Source: a virus. From it: a DNA stretch of 64,000 nt. Of this stretch, positions 50,667 to 59,618 are shown piece by piece. The notes beneath the pieces were generated by a model. It ran no database searches and was not told the origin of the DNA. It saw only the letters and a list, made by a program, of their open reading frames with translations. The stretch spans positions 8,647 to 72,646 of IMG/VR virus record IMGVR_UViG_3300025674_000030; one strand, given 5' to 3'. The position numbers and the translations under genes are program-made. Positions within the stretch are counted from its first letter, which is position 1. Every line of letters starts with the position of its first letter.

Positions 50667-51262
50667 AACTACTAAGAGAATACTACGAACTATGTGAAGG
50701 CGGCGTATGCCAAGACCTTCTTACCGAAGACGAGAAGCGCTTTGTTTCCAACGGTGGCATGATGCTTACAGGCAAACTACAAGAGGCTGACGTGCAAAAC
50801 GGCAACGGTCGTGTCTATCCTCTTAAGGTTTTAGCCAGAGAAGTGCAAAACTACCAGAAGCTTGTAAAAGAAAATAGAGCGCTTGGCGAACTAGATCACC
50901 CAGACGATTCTGTTATCAATCTAAAAAACGCTTCTCACATGGTTACAGCTATCTGGATGGAAGACAAAGCTGTCATGGGTAAGGTCAAGGTTCTTAACAC
51001 TCCGTCAGGTCAGGTTCTTAAGTCTCTAGTAGAGTCGGGTGTCAAGCTTGGCATTTCTTCTCGCGGTATGGGCTCTGTGTCTGAAGCTGCTGGCAACGTG
51101 GTTGTCCAAGAAGACTTCCAGCTTATCTGCTTTGACTTTGTGTCTGAGCCATCTACACCAAATGCTTTTATGATGCGTGAGGCAAAAGAATATAACAATA
51201 GAGTATTTACAAAAGCAGATCGCATTAACAGACTATTAAATGAGGTATTAAAAAATGAATAA
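50663..51262 (+). CDS. Prohead core protease (T4 gp21-like)
   Basis: NGNGRVYP, ALGELDHP, SH, LNTPSG, LGISSRGMGS, FDFVSEPSTPNA. Confidence 0.95.
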   Translation: MKLLREYYELCEGGVCQDLLTEDEKRFVSNGGMMLTGKLQEADVQNGNGRVYPLKVLAREVQNYQKLVKENRALGELDHPDDSVINLKNASHMVTAIWMEDKAVMGKVKVLNTPSGQVLKSLVESGVKLGISSRGMGSVSEAAGNVVVQEDFQLICFDFVSEPSTPNAFMMREAKEYNNRVFTKADRINRLLNEVLKNE

Positions 51263-51953
51263 AGCAGATTTACAAAAAATTCTATTGGAAGAAATAGGGA
51301 CTGCAATAAACGAAGAGGAGCTTGATGAACAGAGTTTCCTCAAAAGAGTTGCCTCTGCCATGAAGAGAACGAGACGAGGCGATGAAAGAAGGGCACAAAG
51401 AGCCAAAGCAAGGCGCAAAGGTGCTGGCGCCGTGGATGATGCTGGCGAAGCTCCCGAAGATGTAAGCCCCCCAAAACCAGCAGCAAAAGAAACAAAAACT
51501 GTATCTTTATTTAAAGATATTATGCCAGAAGTTATAAATGATCATGGTCGCTCTACAGAGCAGAAGATCCGTATTAGAGCCAAATTTACAAAACTAGGAA
51601 AGGCTCTGAAGAGGGATAGAATTTTAAATAAAGAAATATCATCTTCTAAGAAAGAAGAAGCTAAAAAGCGAAGACGTGCTGCTGCCGAAAACATAAAATC
51701 ATTAAAACAAGCTATGAGTAGGGCAATAGAAAAGGAGAGCAGAAAAGCAATAAGAGCAAATACCGATATGGGTTCTTACAAAACCCCCGAACAAGCCAAG
51801 CAAAAGGTAAGCGAGGAACTGGCTAAACTTTTTCAAGATGATGCAATCGTAAATCAAATTCTATCTTTTATTGATGATGATATGAGGCTAACCGAATCAT
51901 TACTAACAAGAGTTGTACTTGAAAATCTCAAGGGCAACAAGGTGGTGTTGTGA
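51255..51953 (+). CDS. Basic Lys/Arg-rich putative internal head protein
   Basis: MNKADLQKILLEEI leader, ELDE site, highly basic core. Confidence 0.55.
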   Translation: MNKADLQKILLEEIGTAINEEELDEQSFLKRVASAMKRTRRGDERRAQRAKARRKGAGAVDDAGEAPEDVSPPKPAAKETKTVSLFKDIMPEVINDHGRSTEQKIRIRAKFTKLGKALKRDRILNKEISSSKKEEAKKRRRAAAENIKSLKQAMSRAIEKESRKAIRANTDMGSYKTPEQAKQKVSEELAKLFQDDAIVNQILSFIDDDMRLTESLLTRVVLENLKGNKVVL

Positions 51954-52381
51954 ACAAAGCACAGCTAAAATCTCTAATCAAGCCAGTTGTTAAAGAGTGC
52001 ATTCAAGAAGTCCTAATAGAAGAAGGGCTTCTTACAGAGGTGGTCTCACAAGTTGCGGCTGGTATGTCCAAGCAACCAATTGTCGAGAATAAGCCAAAGA
52101 AAAAGAACAACAATCTATTTAATGAAGACTTGCAAATGCAACGCAAGTCCCGAGAGGCGAATAAGAAACTACAAGAGCATCGCAAAAAGCTACTAGACTC
52201 AATTGGTCAGGATGCATATAATGGTGTAGATCTTTTTGAAGGCACCGAGCCCATGAGGGAATCGGGAACACCCGGAGTATCCCATAGGCCAAATGTCCTA
52301 GGTGATAACCCAAGCGATGCAGGAGTAGATATCTCTTCCCTAATGGGACAAGCAAACAAAGTTTGGCAAGCACTTAAATAG
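51950..52381 (+). CDS. Hypothetical head-region protein
   Basis: MNKAQLKSLIKPVVKECIQEVLIEE. Confidence 0.7.
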   Translation: MNKAQLKSLIKPVVKECIQEVLIEEGLLTEVVSQVAAGMSKQPIVENKPKKKNNNLFNEDLQMQRKSREANKKLQEHRKKLLDSIGQDAYNGVDLFEGTEPMRESGTPGVSHRPNVLGDNPSDAGVDISSLMGQANKVWQALK

Positions 52382-52389
52382 GAATAACA

Positions 52390-52638
52390 ATGAGTAGACG
52401 CAAAAGTGCAAATGTTGTCGTTAATGCAAGAGAGTGCAGGGGCAACCACGAGAAGATGATCCGTAAGTTTATAAAGAAGTGCAAGAAAGTAAAGATTCTT
52501 GAACAAGTCAGAGAGCGCAGATATTTTAAGAAACCCTCAGATGTTAAACGACATGCAAAGCAGGCAGCTATTCGCAGGCACCGCCGCGAAGTAGCAAAGC
52601 AAAAGGCAAGAGAAGCCCGCCGCGAAAGAAATAGTTAA
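52390..52638 (+). CDS. rpsU: Phage-encoded ribosomal protein bS21
   Basis: EKMIRKFIKKCKK..ILEQVRERRYFKKPS..RH..KQAA matches the bS21 pattern. Confidence 0.85.
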   Translation: MSRRKSANVVVNARECRGNHEKMIRKFIKKCKKVKILEQVRERRYFKKPSDVKRHAKQAAIRRHRREVAKQKAREARRERNS

Positions 52639-52639
52639 G

Positions 52640-52648
52640 ACTATTTAT
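52640..52648 (+). promoter_or_regulatory. Candidate late promoter ACTATTTAT
   Basis: Intergenic, upstream of GGAGG and the fibre cluster. Confidence 0.6.
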
Positions 52649-52676
52649 TACGACTATGTAAAAACGGAGGTTTCTT

Positions 52677-53087
52677 ATGTCTAACTTTATCAAGTCCTAC
52701 CAAGCGAATGTAGGACTAAACCATGTGCCTGCCTATCAGGTTTCAGGACAACCATTTGCTAGTGGCTCAATTGATGCTAGTTCGGGTGCTGTAAAGATAG
52801 AATTTCCCTATGTCACTCGATGGATATATATTCAAAACAACGACACTTCAAATAACTGTAGAGTTGGCTTTTCACAAGAGGGGGTTGAGAATAATAACTT
52901 TTTTACCATTCACAGTGACCACACTCATCTAGATGGGCATTCTCCAGTGCTTGAACTCAAAGTTTCAGAAATTTGGCTTTCTGGGTCAAACCCTGTTGAT
53001 GTTGTCGCTGGTCTAACCTCGATTCCTGCTTCTCGCACCACAACGAAAAGTGGTACAAGCTGGTCAGGCTCTGCTGGGGTGGGCTGA
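52677..53087 (+). CDS. Small beta-rich virion protein (putative capsid decoration)
   Basis: AYQVSGQPF, IEFPYVTRWI, RVGFS, VVAGLT. Confidence 0.6.
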   Translation: MSNFIKSYQANVGLNHVPAYQVSGQPFASGSIDASSGAVKIEFPYVTRWIYIQNNDTSNNCRVGFSQEGVENNNFFTIHSDHTHLDGHSPVLELKVSEIWLSGSNPVDVVAGLTSIPASRTTTKSGTSWSGSAGVG

Positions 53088-53090
53088 TAG

Positions 53091-53723
53091 ATGGCTCAAT
53101 TTGGATGGGCATACGTCAACTGTAACGACTCTAATCTTGGTGCCGATATGGGCATCAGGTACGTTTCTGGCTCTGCCGTAACTGCTTCGTCTACATTTAT
53201 CTATGATATAGATAATAACAAGGTTACACTAGACGGAGACATAGAGATTAATGGTGCGGTTACGGCAAGCTTCTTTGTTGTAGATGAAACCGAAGTTATC
53301 TCCGGTTCCACCATCTTCGGTAACACAGACGACGATACCCACCAAATGACTGGCTCTCTTTTTGTCGGACCCTCTGCTAGCGCCCCAGTTTTTAAAGTTG
53401 ATGTCTACTCTAGCCAGTCAGTTACTACCGGCTTTAAGGTTGCTTATCGTTATTTGACAAGTTCTGGGCTTACCTCCTCCAATGAGAACTATATTATTGG
53501 TTTTGGTGGCTCTGGAGATTTAGAGTTTAGAGTACACTCTGCTTCTGTCGCTGGAGCCGGCGCCATTTTGATGATTAAGGATGAGGCCGCCAGTAGGGGC
53601 GGGACACTAACAATATCGGCTTCTTCTGGAGAGAACATAGACAATGATGGCTTCTATGAGCTATCCGGTTCTAACCCCGCTATCGGTCTCTACTCCAATG
53701 GCTCAAACTGGTTTGTGATATAA
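53091..53723 (+). CDS. Fibre-like virion protein
   Basis: SGSTIFGNTDDDTHQMTGS motif; shared C-terminal IKDE...ID...W domain. Confidence 0.65.
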   Translation: MAQFGWAYVNCNDSNLGADMGIRYVSGSAVTASSTFIYDIDNNKVTLDGDIEINGAVTASFFVVDETEVISGSTIFGNTDDDTHQMTGSLFVGPSASAPVFKVDVYSSQSVTTGFKVAYRYLTSSGLTSSNENYIIGFGGSGDLEFRVHSASVAGAGAILMIKDEAASRGGTLTISASSGENIDNDGFYELSGSNPAIGLYSNGSNWFVI

Positions 53724-53740
53724 ACTAAAGGAGCAATGCT

Positions 53741-55894
53741 ATGGCTTATAACGCCCTTTCAGGTACAGTTGTCGCGAACAAAACAGTTGTCTTCAAAGAT
53801 AATAATGTTGATGGTGAATCTGAATTCAATAACATGGTTATGGGCGAGTTTTACGGAGATGGAACAAATATAACAAATGTTGCCCGTGTTGTTGCCAACG
53901 ACATTAATGACTATGTTGTCACACTTGGCAATCAAGAGCAAAGCCTTGTTGGTGAGCCAAACTTAAGATTTAATGGCAATAGGCTATATGTTAATGCACC
54001 AGTCACTGCGTCTGCCTTGCAGCTAACAAGCCTACAGGAAGGAACAGCACAATCAGATTCTTTTCTAGCCATAGATTCTAGTAACAATGTTATTCTAACA
54101 TCTTCAGGTGGTGGCTCCGGTGGTGCAATAGGCCCGGCAGAAGACGGAGATTACACAGATGGCCTTTTTACAGATTTTACAACCTCAACAGCAGTGGGCA
54201 CCCCCATTGATCGATTCAATGAAATTTTAAAAGCCCTTGCTCCCTCCCCCTCTCCAACACTAGACGATCTGGGGAGCAGCAACTTTGGTGCAACTGCAAA
54301 ACTTTCTTTTGGTGCCTCACAAGGAATCACAGATTACACAAACAGCAACACTGATGCTGGTTTTACTGCTGTGGACATAAACGGAACTTATTCAACAACC
54401 AATAGTGGAAACAATCTGCGTCGTGGCGTTTTTAATGGCGCCGCAACTATAGCAGGTATCTTAAACGATGATGTTGCTGCCGATGGCGTAAACTACCCTG
54501 CTGATTCTTTTGGGGATGCTAATCAGGGAACTTTGGTTCTTGAAGTAAACGGAGCAGAGATCCATTCTATTGATTTGACCGATGTTAATATTGGTTCTGG
54601 CAATCCCGGCTCAGGCACCGACTCCGACTTAAACGTTAGTGGCTCTGGTTTTACAAGCTTATCGCAAACTGGTTCTGCCGTTTTTTCTGATGGTTCTGAG
54701 CTAGATATTTTTCAACATAGAACAGGCCGATATTCCATCAACCCAAATGACCAGAGAGATGGGTGGAACTATGCGAGAGTAATCCACAGAATAGGCAGCA
54801 ATGATACGGTAACCAATTTTGTTGAATGGGTAAATGATCCTGACCCCAATGCCCTAACTGCTACTAATGGTGTTTTAGATACCCTAAATATGACAGGCGA
54901 TCTTCAAATCTCTGGTGTAAAATATCACACAGGCGGAACAGCAGAATACAGAGTAGAAGTAGATAACGCTTATAGGGATGTATACAGTACAAGTAATATC
55001 ACATTCGGCGTATCTCGTGTTTCTGTTCCCTCACAAACATTCCCAGCCATCGATTATGCTGCTGGTGAAAATGAGACTAAACAACTGCAAATAACTGCGT
55101 CTGCCACAATTAACGCCAGTTCTATCTTGAATTCAAGTATCGGCGTATCAGTAAACATTCCGCATCCCTTGAAGTCCGATCTTAGTGCCGCAGAGCCAGA
55201 AACTATAAATGGCATACTATTGTATAATCTAAGCAATAACTCTACCACTACCAGCGAAACTTTTAGAAGAGAAGATTATCGTCTTGCTTCCAGCAGCTAT
55301 AATACACAATCTGATGTAACTGACTCTGGCAATGTTTGGGATTCAAGCGATTCACTAACAGGAAGTCAAGGTCTTGCTTTTTACAATCAAAGACTGTACT
55401 ATCCAACCAACTCTGATCTTCCATATTCTGGCGATTTTACACAGGTCACAAACGGACCAGCGGACAACAAAGATTATTCTGCACTTTCTGGAACTAGAAA
55501 CTTTTATAGAGCTTTTACGAATACTGGCGCTTCTTCGCAGACAAACTTCCGTTTAACTTTTACAGGGGACTCAAATACAAGAATCGTCCCTGCTTCAACA
55601 TCACTATCATCCACAAACATTCACATTTTTGTAAAATTGCCAACAACGTCAAATTCAATGGAAACAGGCTGGCTTGATTTGGCAATTGCTTCTGCTTCTG
55701 ATGATACACAATTAAACGACGGTGATGGTGCCTACGTTGGTACTCCGGGTACGTTAACCGTCAATGCCACACATCAAGGAACTTTTGTAACCCAAACAGT
55801 TGAGCAAAATGAAAGCCTAATGATAAGATTAGAAGCCAGTAGTGCTTGGGCGGGCTATTTATCATCAGTGAATATTGTTTGGGGTAATGCATAA
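53741..55894 (+). CDS. Fibre-like virion protein (717 aa)
   Basis: MAYN start shared with 60763; FYGDG, GEPNLRFNG; Ser/Thr/Asn/Gly-rich. Confidence 0.65.
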   Translation: MAYNALSGTVVANKTVVFKDNNVDGESEFNNMVMGEFYGDGTNITNVARVVANDINDYVVTLGNQEQSLVGEPNLRFNGNRLYVNAPVTASALQLTSLQEGTAQSDSFLAIDSSNNVILTSSGGGSGGAIGPAEDGDYTDGLFTDFTTSTAVGTPIDRFNEILKALAPSPSPTLDDLGSSNFGATAKLSFGASQGITDYTNSNTDAGFTAVDINGTYSTTNSGNNLRRGVFNGAATIAGILNDDVAADGVNYPADSFGDANQGTLVLEVNGAEIHSIDLTDVNIGSGNPGSGTDSDLNVSGSGFTSLSQTGSAVFSDGSELDIFQHRTGRYSINPNDQRDGWNYARVIHRIGSNDTVTNFVEWVNDPDPNALTATNGVLDTLNMTGDLQISGVKYHTGGTAEYRVEVDNAYRDVYSTSNITFGVSRVSVPSQTFPAIDYAAGENETKQLQITASATINASSILNSSIGVSVNIPHPLKSDLSAAEPETINGILLYNLSNNSTTTSETFRREDYRLASSSYNTQSDVTDSGNVWDSSDSLTGSQGLAFYNQRLYYPTNSDLPYSGDFTQVTNGPADNKDYSALSGTRNFYRAFTNTGASSQTNFRLTFTGDSNTRIVPASTSLSSTNIHIFVKLPTTSNSMETGWLDLAIASASDDTQLNDGDGAYVGTPGTLTVNATHQGTFVTQTVEQNESLMIRLEASSAWAGYLSSVNIVWGNA

Positions 55895-57117
55895 TGGCAT
55901 TAGAAGATTCTGCTAAAATTAACTTAGCGCTCAAAAAGATACAGGGTAAAGCACAGACTTCAAATCAAAAAGATGTCTACAATGAAAGTCTGGGCTCCAA
56001 TGTTAGCATTGGTGCTGATACTATCTTTGGCGAGTCTATACCAGCTTACCAGTCTGCTTCTTTTTACGACATCATTGGTGGCAAACTAGAAAAAATAAGA
56101 TTTAGCGTCGTACCTATTGCGGGAACAAAGGACGAAAGCGGCTTGTTTCAGGGATTTGAGTTAAGGCTACCCTCTGATTATGAGAGCAATTCTTCAAATA
56201 CAAAAGCAGGAACCGGCAACTATGTTAACGGGAAAGTCCTCAATTCAACCAATGGTACACTGCAACTTATTCCGCCCTCTTTTGGTAATGGTTTTACAGT
56301 AAAGGCTTATCATACCTCTAGTGGTACAACAGAGATTACTCCGCTAGATGAGCGCGATTGGGTTCTTGATTATTTTAATGGTGTTTATTTCCAGCAAGAC
56401 CCGCCAAGCAATACTGCATTAAATCCTGTTTACATTGATGGCTATCTTTACATTGGCGATTATGTCGATGAACTTATTGCCGGATCTGGTGGAGGAGACG
56501 CTTCTGGTCAAGGCCCAATAAACGCCATCCAGATACACACTGGCTCTGGCGGTATCTCTGGTTCTGCTGATTTTACATTTAATCCAAACAATAGCGAAGT
56601 GCAGCTTTCCGGCAATCTCATCATTTCTGGTAACATTACAGCCCATACCTTCGATATCATCCATACAGATATTATTGAAGTAGACGCCTCTGGTTCTACC
56701 AAGTTTGGAGATAGCAACGACGATACCCACGTTCGCACTGGATCGTTTTCTATCATGTCCTCATCTTCAGAGCAATTTGGTGTAGATGTTTTAAACAAGG
56801 TGACCTCTATTAATACAGGGGTGGTTTTTAGTCGCGTTACAACTACCACAAACTATACAATAGAAAAATCAAATTATATCATTGGGGTCGATAGCACCAG
56901 TAATCCCGTAACAGTAACTTTGCCTGATGCCGGCACCCTTTCTAGTGGACAATCATTCGTCGTAAAAGACGAAGGCGGCGCCGCTTTCACGAATAACATA
57001 ACTATTTCAACTTCTGGATCACAAAAAATAAACAACTCAAATACAGCAATTTTAGAGGTACCTTATTCATCTATTCAGTTTTATTGTAATGGTAGCAATG
57101 GATTCTTTATTATTTAA
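55894..57117 (+). CDS. Fibre-like virion protein
   Basis: SGSTKFGDSNDDTHVRTGS; C-terminal VTLPDA...FVVKDEGG domain. Confidence 0.65.
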   Translation: MALEDSAKINLALKKIQGKAQTSNQKDVYNESLGSNVSIGADTIFGESIPAYQSASFYDIIGGKLEKIRFSVVPIAGTKDESGLFQGFELRLPSDYESNSSNTKAGTGNYVNGKVLNSTNGTLQLIPPSFGNGFTVKAYHTSSGTTEITPLDERDWVLDYFNGVYFQQDPPSNTALNPVYIDGYLYIGDYVDELIAGSGGGDASGQGPINAIQIHTGSGGISGSADFTFNPNNSEVQLSGNLIISGNITAHTFDIIHTDIIEVDASGSTKFGDSNDDTHVRTGSFSIMSSSSEQFGVDVLNKVTSINTGVVFSRVTTTTNYTIEKSNYIIGVDSTSNPVTVTLPDAGTLSSGQSFVVKDEGGAAFTNNITISTSGSQKINNSNTAILEVPYSSIQFYCNGSNGFFII

Positions 57118-57138
57118 TATCTACTATAGTTGCAAGGC

Positions 57139-57198
57139 TCTATTTATGGTTAAGTAGGCGGTTTACACCCGTTTATCTTAAGACATCTATAGGAGGAT
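57139..57198 (+). promoter_or_regulatory. Candidate late promoter (CTATTTAT), 5'-leader hairpin and AGGAGG SD
   Basis: TTAAG-TAGGCGG / CCGTTTA-T-CTTAA stem at 57150-57181 right after the motif. Confidence 0.55.
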
Positions 57199-57203
57199 TT
57201 TAT

Positions 57204-59498
57204 ATGTCTAATGGTTTTGTCCCTGCAAAGGGTACTCAGGATCCACTCTGGAAGGGTGGTGGTCTTGAAATTTCCGGCTCTGGCGTGCTTCGCGTCGCCG
57301 GTACTGGCGCCAACGGTGAGGATATCCATCAGGATTTCCAAGATCACCTTGGTATTACTTCTGTTGAGACTCGTCTCTCTCTTGCCGAGGACGAGGAGGC
57401 TGCTGATGTACTCTCTCTCGACACCCGCATCTCCGCTCTAGATTCTGAGCAGGATGCTGATCAGGCTTCTCTTGATCTTCGTCTTTCCAACGAGGAAGAC
57501 ACCCGCGCTGCTGATGATACCTCTCTTGAGACTCGTCTAGCTGCCGAGGAAAGTGTTCGCACTTCTGAGATGGCTTCTAACGATGTTGCCCACTCTGTTG
57601 AGACTTCTGCCCGCATTGCTGGCGATGACTCACTAGAGACCAAGATCTCTGTTGATATCTCTGCTGCTAACGCTTCTCTCGACACTCGCGTCAGCGACGT
57701 TGAGGATGATGTTGTTTCTGTTGATGCACGCATTTCTGCTCTCGATTCTGAGCAGGACGCAGATCAGGTCTCTCTTGACGCCCGTGTTTCTACTGCCGAG
57801 TCTCAGGAAGCTGCTGATGTTGCTTCTATCGACGCTCGCGTTTCTGCTCTCGATTCAGAGCAGGATGCTGAGATGGGCTCCATGGAAACTCGCGTTTCTG
57901 ATGAGGAATCTGCCCGCGCTGCCGCTGATGGTTCTCTTACCACCCGCGTAAGCACCGAAGAGTCCGTTCGCCTTGCTGATGATACCTCTATTGAGGCTCG
58001 TTTCTCTGCTGCCGACTCCGATATTGTTGTTGCTGTTGGTTCTGTTGAGACATCTCTCAACACTCGCGTTTCCTCTGAGGAATCTGCTCGTGTTGCTGGT
58101 GATGGCTCTCTAGAGACCCGCCTTAGCAGCGAAGAGGTGGCCCGCGCTGATGGCGATAGCTCTCTCGACACCAAGATGGGTGATATGAAGTCTGCTCTTG
58201 ATTCTGCTGATGCTTCTATCGACGCTCGTGTTTCTGCTCTTGATTCTGAGCAGGACGCCGAGATGGGTTCTATGGAGACTCGCGTTAGCGATGAAGAGGT
58301 TGCTCGTGCCGCTGCTGATTCTTCTCTACAGACTCGCTTCTCTGATGCAGATTCTGTTGAGGCTTCTGTGCGCGCTTCTGCTGATGCTTCTATCGTCGCT
58401 ATGCACGATGCTGATGAGGCTTCTATCAACACTCGCATTGGTAACGAAGAGACCGCTCGCGCAAATGCTGACACCTCTCTAACCACTCGCGTAAGTGCTG
58501 AAGAGTCTGCTCGCGCTGCTGGCGATAGCTCTCTTGACACCAAGATGGGCGATATGAAGTCTGCTCTTGATTCCGCCGACGCTTCTCTAGCTGTTATCGA
58601 TGGCTCCCTTGAGGTTCGTATCAGCAACGAAGAGTCTGTCCGCGCTGCTGGTGATAGCTCTCTAGAGACCAAGATTAGCACTGATATTTCTGCTGCTAAC
58701 GCTTCTCTCGATACCCGCGTCAGCAACGAAGAGGACGCTCGCGCTTCTGCCGACACTTCTCTAGAGACCCGTCTAAGCACCGAAGAGGATCGCGCTGATT
58801 CTGTCGAGGCTAGCCTCAAGGCTTCTCTTGACACCCGCGTCTCAGCACTTGACTCTGAGCAGGATGCTGAGATGGGTTCTATGGACACTCGTGTTGCTGC
58901 CGAAGAGTCTGTGCGCGCTTCTGCTGACGGTTCTCTTGAGACCCGTCTAAGCGAAGAGGAGTCTCTCGCTCTTGCCGAGTTTGCTTCTGTTGACCTCCGT
59001 GTCAGCAACGAGGAGGATGCCCGTGCTTCTGCCGACACCTCTCTCACTACTCGTCTAAGCAGTGAAGAGTCTGCTCGCCTCGCTGGTGACAACTCTCTAG
59101 ATACCGAGCTAAGCGGTCAGGTTTCTTACCTTGACAGCGTGGATGCTTCTCTTGAGACCCGTCTCTCTGGTGAGGAGTCTGTGCGTGCTTCTGTCGATAG
59201 CGATCTTGGCGACAAGATCGGTGCTATCTACGATGTTCAGGTTCTCTCTGTTAACACCACCCTTGGCGACCACACCCATGTTGTTGCCGGTGCTGACAGT
59301 CTAACCTTTACCCTACCAACTGGTCTTGGTGGTGATAGTTTCTACTACATCAAGAACTACTCTGGTGTTGATGCAACTCTCACCATTGCTGGTAACGGTA
59401 AGAACATCGACGGTCAGTCTAGCGTCACACTTGATGTTCCTAACGCTGCCGTTAAGGTTGCTTACGATAGCGCCTCTGATGAGTGGTACATCTTCTAG
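57204..59498 (+). CDS. Long acidic coiled-coil fibre protein with C-terminal beta domain
   Basis: About 640 aa of SL(E/D)TR(L/V)SxEExxRxxxD repeats, then TFTLP...YYIKN...IDG...W domain. Confidence 0.75.
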   Translation: MSNGFVPAKGTQDPLWKGGGLEISGSGVLRVAGTGANGEDIHQDFQDHLGITSVETRLSLAEDEEAADVLSLDTRISALDSEQDADQASLDLRLSNEEDTRAADDTSLETRLAAEESVRTSEMASNDVAHSVETSARIAGDDSLETKISVDISAANASLDTRVSDVEDDVVSVDARISALDSEQDADQVSLDARVSTAESQEAADVASIDARVSALDSEQDAEMGSMETRVSDEESARAAADGSLTTRVSTEESVRLADDTSIEARFSAADSDIVVAVGSVETSLNTRVSSEESARVAGDGSLETRLSSEEVARADGDSSLDTKMGDMKSALDSADASIDARVSALDSEQDAEMGSMETRVSDEEVARAAADSSLQTRFSDADSVEASVRASADASIVAMHDADEASINTRIGNEETARANADTSLTTRVSAEESARAAGDSSLDTKMGDMKSALDSADASLAVIDGSLEVRISNEESVRAAGDSSLETKISTDISAANASLDTRVSNEEDARASADTSLETRLSTEEDRADSVEASLKASLDTRVSALDSEQDAEMGSMDTRVAAEESVRASADGSLETRLSEEESLALAEFASVDLRVSNEEDARASADTSLTTRLSSEESARLAGDNSLDTELSGQVSYLDSVDASLETRLSGEESVRASVDSDLGDKIGAIYDVQVLSVNTTLGDHTHVVAGADSLTFTLPTGLGGDSFYYIKNYSGVDATLTIAGNGKNIDGQSSVTLDVPNAAVKVAYDSASDEWYIF
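57360..59215 (+). repeat. Degenerate coding tandem repeats (mostly 18-codon units with shorter variants)
   Basis: Recurrent ALDSEQDA, SLETRLS, EESARxAxD; near-exact duplicate GDSSLDTKMGDMKSALDSADAS near 58150 and 58520. Confidence 0.85.
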
Positions 59499-59520
59499 TA
59501 GAAGATTGTTAGCCTAGTTT

Positions 59521-59558
59521 TGGGGGTACCTCTTCGGGGGTACCCCCATTTTGCTTTT
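59521..59558 (+). terminator. Rho-independent terminator with C(UUCG)G tetraloop
   Basis: TGGGGGTACCTC-TTCG-GGGGTACCCCCA followed by TTTTGCTTTT. Confidence 0.92.
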
Positions 59559-59559
59559 A

Positions 59560-59592
59560 TTGACTCTCAAAGGCAATCGTCTTACTATTTAA
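59560..59592 (+). promoter_or_regulatory. Sigma70-like promoter overlapping the late motif
   Basis: TTGACT-17nt-TACTAT; ACTATTTAA at 59584-59592. Confidence 0.55.
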
Positions 59593-59618
59593 GTGTGCTT
59601 ATAACGGAGAGCAAAAGA

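Noticed and set aside
57803-59092. 429-aa minus-strand ORF
   Set aside because: Antisense shadow of the codon-biased repeat gene; it mirrors the repeats and has no independent expression signals
57360-59215. Repeats as a CRISPR array or DGR template/variable pair
   Set aside because: Repeats are in-frame, degenerate at synonymous positions and lack unique spacers or adenine-specific variation; no cas or reverse transcriptase gene in the window
59520-59618. N-terminal extension of the 59520..60722 ORF
   Set aside because: It runs through the terminator and promoter; ATG 59619 has an SD
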